IMG/VR virus record: IMGVR_UViG_3300047994_000277
Location: 1 to 64,000 of that record
From: a virus
Lineage: Duplodnaviria; Heunggongvirae; Uroviricota; Caudoviricetes
Reading direction: 5' to 3' (one strand)
Length of the DNA: 64,000 nucleotides
The translations under genes and the position numbers were made by a program. Position 1 is the stretch's first letter; every line of letters begins with the position of its first letter. This document shows, one piece after another, positions 18,482-27,404 of the stretch. The notes under the pieces were generated by a model, which saw only the letters and a list, made by a program, of their open reading frames with translations, searched no databases and was not told the DNA's origin.

Positions 18482-20579
18482 TGAGTTCGTAGCTGATAGG
18501 AACAAAGTAACCCTAACTGTTCGCGACAACGCTCTAGTTATCGATTTAGCAGCAGCCCCTCGCTTGGAAGGTACTAGCGGATTTGTAATTAGCAATGGTT
18601 CAGGTGCGTCTAACAGCATAACCATCACTCCTGGCGGCAATTTGAATTTGGGAAATGGATACGTTGGCAGCGTTACTTCAAATACACTGTCGCAATACGG
18701 AACCGTTGGCTACAGGCTGTTCTTTCATCGTGGATTTCTTAAGTGCGTTAAGCGAGAAATTGCGTATTATCAAACACTTAACGTTGTAAGTACTTCGTCA
18801 ACCTATCATCTGCAAGATAGTAATTCTCCTAAGCAGAAAGCGCGAGAGACTTTTTATCATCCTGCTGTAATTTTGGAAGTGATGACAACCAAAGAGGCGA
18901 GAGAAACTCTAAAGAATCGATTAATTGAGTTTTCTCGTAAAAGGGGGATAGAAGTCCCACATGCGTTCAGAGACGTAGGTCCATTAACATTAGATAGATC
19001 GTTTGACGTCATGTCGGTTATTGATTGGCTTTCTTATCCTTTGCTAAGGGAAATCAATAATCCGTGCATGTGCTATAACACCGCACCCGTAGATAGGGAG
19101 ATCATGGCTCCGTCGTATGAGCCCATGAATTTCAAAGAGTTAGTGCAACACTATTTTGGAACCATTACTTCCAAAATGCTTGAAGAAATTTGGAAGGTTG
19201 TAGTTGTAGGCAACGATTATGCGGTTAGAAGATTTGATAGCGAAATGGCTCGCACCGCTTATATGGCTTATGGAAATACCAGATTTTTGAAGGATAATGG
19301 AGATCACGTAATCGAGGCGGGGAATAAAAAGTTTCAGGTAAATGTTTTTACTCTTGGTGTAGCGATCTTCAAGGCTTTGGGCTTTGACTACTTTTATCAA
19401 TGTATTAATAAATTTGCCACGGTTTCAGGATCACCTGGCTCGGCTGGAATGTTAACGCCCAATTATCAGCGTGCAGCTCAGCTGGAGATGGATTTTGCCA
19501 CTTTACTGAAAAGCATAACTCCTAAAAAGCTTATTGGCGCCCTGTTTGCTGAAGATGCACTGCCAGATACCCATAACTTGTACGATGCCTGTAGAATGAT
19601 TCGTGAATACGAACCAGCTCAGTCTATTCCAAAGAAACTAAAGACTCAGTATCCGAATGGGCTTAGGGTAGATTTTAAGTTTAAGACCATAAAAGAGTTG
19701 CACGACAAGATTTCCACCCAATACACGATCATCAAGACTGAATCCAATAATAGAGAAATCCCTATCTCTCCAGAGTACATGTGCCTGGATAGGCGTGAAA
19801 GAGACGGCCTGACCCTAGTGGTCCCAGATAACACCTCCACTCTGGCCATCTGGGGTAAGTTGCTCAACATTTGCATCGCGTCTTATGGTGATAGAGCAGC
19901 TAGAGGTGACACCCTTCTCCTTGGCGTGGAGAAAGAGGGTAAGATCAAGTACTGCCTTGAGTTCTATTCCTTACCGGTAGAAATCATTAGACCTATGGAA
20001 TCTATTGTGGCCGGCATTTTTGAGGAAGGAAAGGCCCCAGAAGATGCTTTGGTTGAGACGGTTAGGGTCGCCTACCCACGTTTAATCCAAAGGCATATGG
20101 GAGTAACTCCCTCAGATATCCCGGAAGAAGAGGAATATTTTTACGAGCTTAGCGAAGCACAGTTTAGGGGTGAGCGAAACGGTGATCCGACAAAAGAGGA
20201 TCGCGCAGCCGTATATTATCTTTTGAATCAGTGGGTCCAGGAAAACAAAGAAAGACTTGAGAAGATCAAAGGTATCTTTGAAGAGCGCGGTAACCAGTGG
20301 CACAATGGGGCTCAACTGAATGAGCAAATGCTGCAAGGAGTTTTACAGCAAGTTCAAAATCATTATGCGATCCCAGACCAGATTATGTTGAATCCTCAAG
20401 CATATCAAGCTTATCAAAACGTTTTCAATAACAACGTTGTTATGGATCCAGGTCCGCCGCCCATTTTCAATGGCCAGGTTAACATGGTCGTGAATCCTTA
20501 TATTCCTCCTGGCGAGGTTTGGGCAGTAGATGCGGACGGAGTCCGTTTCCAGCCGGTCATACAAAATGTTGTGGTCTAG
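18462..20579 (+). CDS. large hypothetical protein (about 705 aa)
   Basis: ATG at 18462 with a GAGAAGGG Shine-Dalgarno; the track gives a TTG at 18441. No recognised catalytic motif. Confidence 0.5.
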   Translation: MSILSCDEFVADRNKVTLTVRDNALVIDLAAAPRLEGTSGFVISNGSGASNSITITPGGNLNLGNGYVGSVTSNTLSQYGTVGYRLFFHRGFLKCVKREIAYYQTLNVVSTSSTYHLQDSNSPKQKARETFYHPAVILEVMTTKEARETLKNRLIEFSRKRGIEVPHAFRDVGPLTLDRSFDVMSVIDWLSYPLLREINNPCMCYNTAPVDREIMAPSYEPMNFKELVQHYFGTITSKMLEEIWKVVVVGNDYAVRRFDSEMARTAYMAYGNTRFLKDNGDHVIEAGNKKFQVNVFTLGVAIFKALGFDYFYQCINKFATVSGSPGSAGMLTPNYQRAAQLEMDFATLLKSITPKKLIGALFAEDALPDTHNLYDACRMIREYEPAQSIPKKLKTQYPNGLRVDFKFKTIKELHDKISTQYTIIKTESNNREIPISPEYMCLDRRERDGLTLVVPDNTSTLAIWGKLLNICIASYGDRAARGDTLLLGVEKEGKIKYCLEFYSLPVEIIRPMESIVAGIFEEGKAPEDALVETVRVAYPRLIQRHMGVTPSDIPEEEEYFYELSEAQFRGERNGDPTKEDRAAVYYLLNQWVQENKERLEKIKGIFEERGNQWHNGAQLNEQMLQGVLQQVQNHYAIPDQIMLNPQAYQAYQNVFNNNVVMDPGPPPIFNGQVNMVVNPYIPPGEVWAVDADGVRFQPVIQNVVV

Positions 20580-20626
20580 TTGACTAAGACGATTAGATGA
20601 TTTAACCTGATTATGGAGGAAATCCC

Positions 20627-20836
20627 ATGTACGAACTTAGAATGACTTCCAGAGGCAATAAGGTTTTGGTGTATGTTAAGCGCGAGCGCAGGTTTAACGA
20701 GCGTGGCATGTGGGTTGAAATCTGCCACGAGAACGACAAAGAAGCGCGTTTTTATACGGATTTTAACCGTCGCAATGGCCTTCAAGTAGAGAAGGATGAG
20801 CGAGGCTTCTACAGGGCTTTGGTTTTGAAAGATTAA
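20627..20836 (+). CDS. small hypothetical protein
   Basis: GGAGGA Shine-Dalgarno upstream. Confidence 0.45.
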   Translation: MYELRMTSRGNKVLVYVKRERRFNERGMWVEICHENDKEARFYTDFNRRNGLQVEKDERGFYRALVLKD

Positions 20837-20837
20837 T

Positions 20838-21212
20838 ATGAAATATGACAAGTTAGACACGGTTAGTGTTATTTCTGGTAAATACACTAGCCGGACAGGT
20901 CAAATCACAGGCGTGTCTCAGGTCCATAGGAATAACATTCCTGATATGGCCGAGTACGAAGTTGCGTTCAAAGACTTAAAGATCCGAGAGACCTTTAAAG
21001 AAAGCGACCTTGTGCTGGTGGAAAAGTACGATCCGGCAAAAGAAGAACGCGAGCGTCAAGAGACGGTTAAGAAAGCTAAAGAAGACGCGGACCGCCTTGC
21101 TGAGCAAAAGATGGAAGACGCTCTCAGGAAAAAAATTGAAAAAGAATTCCAAATTAGAGAAGAGCTAGAGGCTCAGTATGCTGCAAAGAAAACTCCCAAT
21201 AGTTCCCAATAA
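20838..21212 (+). CDS. hypothetical protein with charged helical tail
   Basis: ATG lies 1 nt after the upstream stop. Confidence 0.5.
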   Translation: MKYDKLDTVSVISGKYTSRTGQITGVSQVHRNNIPDMAEYEVAFKDLKIRETFKESDLVLVEKYDPAKEERERQETVKKAKEDADRLAEQKMEDALRKKIEKEFQIREELEAQYAAKKTPNSSQ

Positions 21213-21236
21213 CTCCCAAAATACGAAAGGCTGACC

Positions 21237-21677
21237 ATGATTAAATACGTTAAGGGAGATCTGTTTGAGACCAAGTGCAACATAATCGCCCACGGCTGCA
21301 ATTGTCGCGGCGGCTTTGGATCTGGTGTGGCTTATACGATGGCCATGAAATATCCTAAGGTCAGGGACATGTATCTGGAAAAGCACGAAGAGGAAGGTTG
21401 GAAGCTTGGAGACGTTCAGTTCGTAAGAGTACGAGATGGTCGAGTTATTGCTAATTGTGCTACTCAGTACAATTATCTCCCTCGCGGCGTGTGCCATGCT
21501 AGTTATGATGCTATTCGAAAAGCCATGCAGACCGTTAAAGAGTATGCGGTAAATAACGATTTGTCCGTTGCGATTCCTAAAATTGGCGCTGGACTCGCAG
21601 GCGGAGATTGGGATAAAATCGAAAGTATCCTCGAAGAAGTTTTCTCCGATTACTCCATCACGGTGTACGTCTTATGA
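21237..21677 (+). CDS. macro-domain protein (ADP-ribose binding/hydrolase)
   Basis: IIAHGCNCRGGFGSGVA aligns to the macro N-x(6)-GGG-V motif. IPKIGAGLAGGDW aligns to the second glycine-rich motif. Confidence 0.8.
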   Translation: MIKYVKGDLFETKCNIIAHGCNCRGGFGSGVAYTMAMKYPKVRDMYLEKHEEEGWKLGDVQFVRVRDGRVIANCATQYNYLPRGVCHASYDAIRKAMQTVKEYAVNNDLSVAIPKIGAGLAGGDWDKIESILEEVFSDYSITVYVL

Positions 21678-21850
21678 ATCATAAAATCTCATTTAATTCC
21701 GCCCAAGTACAGTATTTGATGGAAAAGCTAGGAGCTGATGATCCCCATGAGGCCGTCGAAACTTTTGCTAAAATTATTAGAGAGCTAAGTATTGATCCAC
21801 GTAAGATGCACGAATACCTTGAAGTCCTTATGAAGAACGACGGAGTTTAG
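21674..21850 (+). CDS. small hypothetical protein (58 aa, not in track)
   Basis: ATGA overlap with the macro gene. Ends 1 nt before the next ATG. Confidence 0.35.
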   Translation: MNHKISFNSAQVQYLMEKLGADDPHEAVETFAKIIRELSIDPRKMHEYLEVLMKNDGV

Positions 21851-21851
21851 C

Positions 21852-22592
21852 ATGCATATCGTCTCTAAGTTCCACGATTTTTACGATACCGCTTCGATCT
21901 ACGGCATCGATAAGACGTGTATATACCTTCGTTCGGAAGAAGAGTTCCCCGTAGAGGGCAGGCAATGGAGAGAGAAAACATCTCATATTAAGAATGGAAA
22001 GGGTCGTATTTCCGTTCCCGAAATGCCTGGCCAGGAAGACAAAGAGAACGCGGATTATAAGTTTAGCTTCCATAAGCTCATTTTGGGTTTTTGCGGTGAG
22101 CTGTATCCGGTAATCAAGGTGAAGCAAGAGTGCAAGGGTACTGGAATTGTCGAACAATTCTGTTTTTATGATCAGGCTTCCATTCAAGAGTTTTTGGAAG
22201 AAGAGGGAGTGCCGGCGTCCAAGTACGCCAATTACTCCTGGTATAGCACTAAGCATGCGGTAGACAGCGCCAAGGGCCTGGGTACCTTCTTTGACCCTAA
22301 CACCTGGACGCAGCTTGTAGATCTTTTTCATATCTATCGCGCACCTTGTTTTGTGATCAGCTGGAAGAAGCTTACAATTAATCCCTGCCTTAAGGATCTG
22401 TCCTTCATGAAGGTCTCGGATCCTCAGACGACCTTTCAAGAAATTTACATGTTCATGTCAGGCGTGCTGGGCGCTCCGCCGCCTCCTAAAGAGAAAATGT
22501 CTGATAAAGTTCTGGCCGCAGCTAAGGGTCACGACGGCGAATACTCGTTTAAAAAACCGCCAGGCAAGCGCGGCAAGAAACAATGGAGATGA
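21852..22592 (+). CDS. hypothetical protein (246 aa)
   Basis: ORF with a basic C-terminus. Confidence 0.5.
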   Translation: MHIVSKFHDFYDTASIYGIDKTCIYLRSEEEFPVEGRQWREKTSHIKNGKGRISVPEMPGQEDKENADYKFSFHKLILGFCGELYPVIKVKQECKGTGIVEQFCFYDQASIQEFLEEEGVPASKYANYSWYSTKHAVDSAKGLGTFFDPNTWTQLVDLFHIYRAPCFVISWKKLTINPCLKDLSFMKVSDPQTTFQEIYMFMSGVLGAPPPPKEKMSDKVLAAAKGHDGEYSFKKPPGKRGKKQWR

Positions 22593-22593
22593 T

Positions 22594-22875
22594 ATGAAAA
22601 AATATAATGAACTTACTGATGAACAGAAGAAGAAAATCGACGCTCTTGCCAAATCCCATATGCTCAAGAGTCTTCTCATTGGACTTAAATTTACCGCTCT
22701 GCTTTTGCTCACCAATGCAATCGTCATTCTTTTCGATATTTTTTATGTCCACAATCAAGCATTTGTAGTCCTGGGCGGGATAATGAATGCGATCAGTCTT
22801 TTTAGTGTTATGCACCGCGATAACGTAGCAGAACGTGATAGAGTAGAAGTAGAGCTTAAGAAGATTGTCGAGTGA
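22594..22875 (+). CDS. small two-TM membrane protein
   Basis: Two hydrophobic helices. Confidence 0.5.
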   Translation: MKKYNELTDEQKKKIDALAKSHMLKSLLIGLKFTALLLLTNAIVILFDIFYVHNQAFVVLGGIMNAISLFSVMHRDNVAERDRVEVELKKIVE

Positions 22876-22893
22876 TGAGTAGAAAGATCGCAT

Positions 22894-23856
22894 ATGAGTT
22901 TGATGACACCAAGGGCAACGTATGCCCCGTTCGAATACGACCAGGCTTACAAGTACTGGGAACTGCAGCAGCAATCGCATTGGTTACATACCGAAATTGC
23001 GATGGCAAGTGACATTAACGATTGGAAACTTAATTTAACCGATGGGGAACGTAACGTCATCGGCCAGATTTTGAAGGGCTTTACGCAATCAGAAGTCTTC
23101 ATCCAGGAATACTGGAGTCAAATGGTTGCCAAGTGGTTCAAGAAACCTGAAATCCAAATGATGGCGGCCTCGTTTGCTTCCATGGAGTCTATTCATGCGG
23201 TCGCTTACGCTTATCTTAATCAGTCTCTTGGCCTTGAAGATTTTTCTGCGTTTCTCCACGAGCCTACCGCAAAGGCGAAAATTGATCGCCTCATTGAGAC
23301 TAAAGGTAAGTCGCGCGAGGAGATCGCGCGCTCTCTGGCCATTTTCTCTGGTTTCAATGAGGGAGTTAACCTTTTTAGCTCATTTGCTGTTCTACTGAAC
23401 TTTAGTCGGTTTAACAAGATGAAGGGACTTGGGCAGATCATTGCCTTCTCGATCAAAGATGAATCCCTGCACTCCGAGGCTGGATGTTGGCTGTTTCGTA
23501 CTTTGGTCGGCGAATACCCAGAGATCTTTAACGATGAATTGAAGAAAAGCGTGTACGACGCAGCACGTACAACCATTGAGTTAGAAGACTCTTTCATCGA
23601 CAAAGCTTTTGAACTTGGTCCGATCGAGGGATTGGATCCTAAGGACTTGAAGGCGTTTATTCGCCATCGCGCAAATACCAAACTGAATGACCTTGGCTTG
23701 AAGCAGAATTGGAAAAACGTAGATAAGGATGCGCTCAAGCGAATGGATTGGTTCGACGTACTTTCGAGCGGCGTAAGCCATGCGGACTTTTTTGCACAAC
23801 GTGTTACAGATTATTCAAAAGGCACTTTAGATTTTAGCGGAGTATGGGATGCCTAA
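22894..23856 (+). CDS. nrdB: ribonucleotide reductase class I small subunit
   Basis: Di-iron ligand motifs MESIHAVAY (ExxH plus radical Tyr at +4) and DESLHSE. Confidence 0.9.
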   Translation: MSLMTPRATYAPFEYDQAYKYWELQQQSHWLHTEIAMASDINDWKLNLTDGERNVIGQILKGFTQSEVFIQEYWSQMVAKWFKKPEIQMMAASFASMESIHAVAYAYLNQSLGLEDFSAFLHEPTAKAKIDRLIETKGKSREEIARSLAIFSGFNEGVNLFSSFAVLLNFSRFNKMKGLGQIIAFSIKDESLHSEAGCWLFRTLVGEYPEIFNDELKKSVYDAARTTIELEDSFIDKAFELGPIEGLDPKDLKAFIRHRANTKLNDLGLKQNWKNVDKDALKRMDWFDVLSSGVSHADFFAQRVTDYSKGTLDFSGVWDA

Positions 23857-24025
23857 GAAAAAGAAAATAGAAGAAACGTCAACGGCCATTGGTAGCGCTA
23901 CTAAGGAAGATTTGGAAAACGAGATAGACTGGGATAACGCTCCAGGCCCGTTTAGCCATTGGTTGGAAGACTTAGAGGATAACGATCGCCCTTTGGGCGC
24001 TCCTATCCACGATTTGGATGATTAA
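23849..24025 (+). CDS. small acidic protein (58 aa) bridging nrdB and nrdA
   Basis: ATGCCTAA overlap with the nrdB stop. Its stop overlaps the nrdA start. Confidence 0.3.
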   Translation: MPKKKKIEETSTAIGSATKEDLENEIDWDNAPGPFSHWLEDLEDNDRPLGAPIHDLDD

Positions 24026-25715
24026 TATGAAACTTGATGAGTTGAAGGCTGCCGGTGAAGCGCCTGAGTGGATGAACGACGAGGGTTTGAAAACCTTGAT
24101 GGGCGGGTACATGCTGCCTGGGGAAACTCCTCGCGCCATGTACCGTCGTGTGGCTAAGGCCGCAGGCGGTTATTATAATGGAAAATACGAAGAAGAGTTT
24201 TTTGAGGCGATGTGGAAGAATTGGCTGTGCCCTGCCTCTCCTGTTTTGTCAAATATGGGTACCACTCGTGGCTTGCCTATTTCTTGTAACAGCATTCATG
24301 TCGGCGATTCTGTGGACAGTATTTTTGGTAAGTCTCATGAACTCGCCATGCTTTCTAAAAATGGTGCTGGTGTTGGTATATATGTGGGCGATGTGCGTGG
24401 ACGCAATGCTGTTATTTCTGGGAATGGGCGTTCTGAAGGCATCATACCCTGGTGTAAAGTCTACGATTCGACAATTATTTCAGTAAGCCAAGGAAATACG
24501 CGTAGAGGCGCAGGCGCAGTCTATGCAGGCGTCAGACACGCCGATATCGATGAGTTCATTAATATGAGGCGTGCTACAGGCGATGCTAATCGCCGTTGCA
24601 TGAACCTGAACCATGGGCTCTGCATCGATGATGAGTGGATGAAGGACGCACGGGCCGGAGATAAGGCTAAGCGACAACTTTGGCAGGAGATCCTTAAGGC
24701 CCGCGTAGAGACTGGCGAACCTTATCTGTTTTTTTCGGACAACGTAAATCGTCAAAATCCAGAATGCTACACTAAGAATGGTCTTCGTGTCAGCACTTCC
24801 AACATCTGCACTGAGATCATGCTCTTTACGGATGAGAAACATAGTTTCGTATGCTGTCTTTCTTCTTTGAACCTCGTCAAGTGGAACGAATGGAAGAAGA
24901 CCAATCTGGTGCGCCTGGCAGTTAAATTCTTGGACGCGGTGATCGAGGAATATCTCATGAAGTCTGCCGGCATTCCGGGCTTTGAGCCTAGCCGTGCCGC
25001 CGCCATGAAGGGTCGCGCCATCGGAATCGGCGTTTTGGGTTGGCATACGCTTCTGCAGATGAACCAGATTCCCTTTGATAGCTTTGAAGCTATGATGCTT
25101 AACTCTCAAATCTTCCAAAGATTGAAGAAAGAGGCTGAGATCGAGTCCGCTTCCTTAGCGGCTGAGCTTGGCGAGCCAGAGTGGTGCAAAGGATTTGGTC
25201 GTCGTAACACTCATTTGATTGCCGTTGCGCCTACCGTATCAAATTCTACGATTTCTGGTGGTCATTCAGCTGGAATTGAGCCTCTGGCGGCCAATATTTT
25301 CTCTCAAAAGTCTGCAAAGGGAACTTTTATTAGAAAAAATAGAGTTTTTGAAGAGCTTTTAGAGCGAAAAGGCAAGAATTCTCCTGAAATTTGGAAACAG
25401 ATCAACGAACAAAGCGGTTCCGTGCAGACTTTGGACTGTCTTTCTGATGAAGAGAAGGAAGTTTTTCTCACTGCGCGCGAAATCAATCAGCATGCGATCA
25501 TCAAGCAGGCCGCGCAGCGCCAGAAATGGATCGATCAGGGTCAGTCCGTCAACCTTTTCTTCGCCGCCAACGCTTCTCCAAAGTACATACACGAGGTTCA
25601 CTGGTCTGCTTGGGAAAGTGGGCTCAAGTCGCTCTATTATCTGCGTACTGAAGGCGTCCTGAGGGGCGATATGGCCTCTCGTTCCAAGGAAGAGTGCGCG
25701 GCCTGCGAAGCTTAG
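24018..25715 (+). CDS. nrdA: ribonucleotide reductase class I large subunit (no ATP-cone)
   Basis: Active-site SNICTEI (N-x-C-x-E). C-terminal redox pair CAAC. Alternative start at 24027. Confidence 0.9.
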   Translation: MINMKLDELKAAGEAPEWMNDEGLKTLMGGYMLPGETPRAMYRRVAKAAGGYYNGKYEEEFFEAMWKNWLCPASPVLSNMGTTRGLPISCNSIHVGDSVDSIFGKSHELAMLSKNGAGVGIYVGDVRGRNAVISGNGRSEGIIPWCKVYDSTIISVSQGNTRRGAGAVYAGVRHADIDEFINMRRATGDANRRCMNLNHGLCIDDEWMKDARAGDKAKRQLWQEILKARVETGEPYLFFSDNVNRQNPECYTKNGLRVSTSNICTEIMLFTDEKHSFVCCLSSLNLVKWNEWKKTNLVRLAVKFLDAVIEEYLMKSAGIPGFEPSRAAAMKGRAIGIGVLGWHTLLQMNQIPFDSFEAMMLNSQIFQRLKKEAEIESASLAAELGEPEWCKGFGRRNTHLIAVAPTVSNSTISGGHSAGIEPLAANIFSQKSAKGTFIRKNRVFEELLERKGKNSPEIWKQINEQSGSVQTLDCLSDEEKEVFLTAREINQHAIIKQAAQRQKWIDQGQSVNLFFAANASPKYIHEVHWSAWESGLKSLYYLRTEGVLRGDMASRSKEECAACEA

Positions 25716-25753
25716 TTGACTTATTCTTCTTATTCATGCTAAAGTGAGTCCAT

Positions 25754-26155
25754 ATGATTGTTATACCGTGCAAGCAGGCCACGTTTTTCGACGTGGACGA
25801 TACGTTGGTGATGTGGGATGCGACTCCAGAGCAGCTGGAAGAGCGAGGCGTAGATTTCACTTGCCCAGGCTCTTTGGTTACGATAGACGAGTGTGGAACC
25901 GAAGGATTTGCCCCAGAATGGAAACAGCGTCTTCTTCCGCATCGCGTACATATTGAGCAGCTGAAAAAGCATAAGCAGCGCGGCCACACTATCATAGTAT
26001 GGTCTGCCGGCGGCTACGATTGGGCTGCAGCCGTCGTTAAGGCTCTTGGCCTAGAGAACTACGTAGATCTGGTTATCTCGAAACCTAGCTGGTTTTATGA
26101 CGACCTGATGCCTAGCGAGTTCATGGGTAAGCGATACTACAAGAAGGATGAATGA
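25754..26155 (+). CDS. small HAD-like phosphatase-fold protein
   Basis: FFDVDDTLV HAD motif I. Confidence 0.5.
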   Translation: MIVIPCKQATFFDVDDTLVMWDATPEQLEERGVDFTCPGSLVTIDECGTEGFAPEWKQRLLPHRVHIEQLKKHKQRGHTIIVWSAGGYDWAAAVVKALGLENYVDLVISKPSWFYDDLMPSEFMGKRYYKKDE

Positions 26156-26284
26156 TATGGGCATTATGGATGGATTTAGATTTTTTATAGGAAAGACTTT
26201 AGCATACCTTTTCCTGTGCTTTGGTTTCGTTTTGGCCTATATCCTCGTTATCATGCTCATCGGTTACTTTGAAGGAAGAAAAAA

Positions 26285-26983
26285 ATGAGCCGTATTATTT
26301 TGACCGATATCCATGGGTGTTACAAGACCATGCTGGCGCTTATCGATAAGCTCCCACCTGGCATTCCTTTGACCTTTGCCGGCGACTTGATTGATCGTGG
26401 CCCCGACTCCAAGTCGGTGGTCGAATACGTCAAGGCAAATAAGCACGACTGCGTTCTTGGAAACCATGAAGTTATGATGGTTCAGGAACTGGAATTTGAT
26501 CCAGACGGAGCTTACATTCGCCCAAGCTACATGAACGGTATCTGGCTTATGAACGGTGGCGACAAGTGTTTGGACAGCTATCAAAATGATAATGGGGATA
26601 TGGACGATATCACGCTGAGGAGACACCAGCGCTTAATGAAAACATTGCCATATTATCTGGAATATCCAGAACTTAAGAACGATAAGGGTCAGCATCTTTT
26701 GGTCACCCATACGACTGCGGCGCACGTTTGGAATGACGAGGAAGTGTCTAAGGATAGCCCTCGTTTTCAAGATTTCGTGACTTGGGAGCGCGACCCATTT
26801 CCTGCTAAAATTGAAGGAATTTACAACGTTTACGGCCATACTCCTCAACAATACAAAGCTACGGTAAAAGAGCACTTCGCCTGCATCGATACAGGTGGTT
26901 ATTTTAAAAGGGAAAATTACGGTAAACTCACTGCTCTCCAATTTCCCGAAATGATCGTATACGAGCAAAAAAACATAGAGTGA
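26285..26983 (+). CDS. PPP-family Ser/Thr protein phosphatase (lambda-phosphatase/ApaH-like)
   Basis: DIHG, GDLIDRG and GNHE metallophosphatase motifs. Confidence 0.85.
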   Translation: MSRIILTDIHGCYKTMLALIDKLPPGIPLTFAGDLIDRGPDSKSVVEYVKANKHDCVLGNHEVMMVQELEFDPDGAYIRPSYMNGIWLMNGGDKCLDSYQNDNGDMDDITLRRHQRLMKTLPYYLEYPELKNDKGQHLLVTHTTAAHVWNDEEVSKDSPRFQDFVTWERDPFPAKIEGIYNVYGHTPQQYKATVKEHFACIDTGGYFKRENYGKLTALQFPEMIVYEQKNIE

Positions 26984-27186
26984 AAAAAGTAGATAAAAAA
27001 GCACTAAAACGCTCAATTTGGTCTTCTCTTTCGAGAGTGATCGGTATAGGATTGAGTGCAGGTGCTGGCAGTATGATCCATCGCATGGTTGGTGATGGAC
27101 TCGAAGGCTGGTCAATAGCCTCTGTAATGGCAATAGCCAGTTTTCTGCTTATGTGCTTCGCCGAGTATGAAAGGGAAAAAGAATGA
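26980..27186 (+). CDS. small membrane protein
   Basis: Two hydrophobic segments. ATGA overlaps on both sides. Confidence 0.4.
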   Translation: MKKVDKKALKRSIWSSLSRVIGIGLSAGAGSMIHRMVGDGLEGWSIASVMAIASFLLMCFAEYEREKE

Positions 27187-27404
27187 AAAGAAGCGAAATG
27201 TTACAAATCCTTAATGATGCTGTCATTGAAGCTGGTATTTCTCAAAAGATTTACAATAGCAAAGAATCATTGGAACATGTTCTACAGAAGCTCGAAGAAG
27301 CTGGGATGAAACCTCCCGTGACCAAGAATTGCCCTGTTCTTTTGACCACCCAACATACCTGGGAGCCTGAAAATGAACAAAATTCTAGAATTCAAGTTCG
27401 GTAG
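27183..27404 (+). CDS. small hypothetical protein
   Basis: ATGA overlap upstream. Confidence 0.4.
   Translation: MKRSEMLQILNDAVIEAGISQKIYNSKESLEHVLQKLEEAGMKPPVTKNCPVLLTTQHTWEPENEQNSRIQVR

Noticed and set aside
26158-26352. Short ORF starting MGIMDGFRFF between the HAD gene and the PPP phosphatase gene.
   Set aside because: On careful re-reading the frame runs into the phosphatase gene in another frame without supporting signals. It is absent from the ORF track, so it is probably not a gene.
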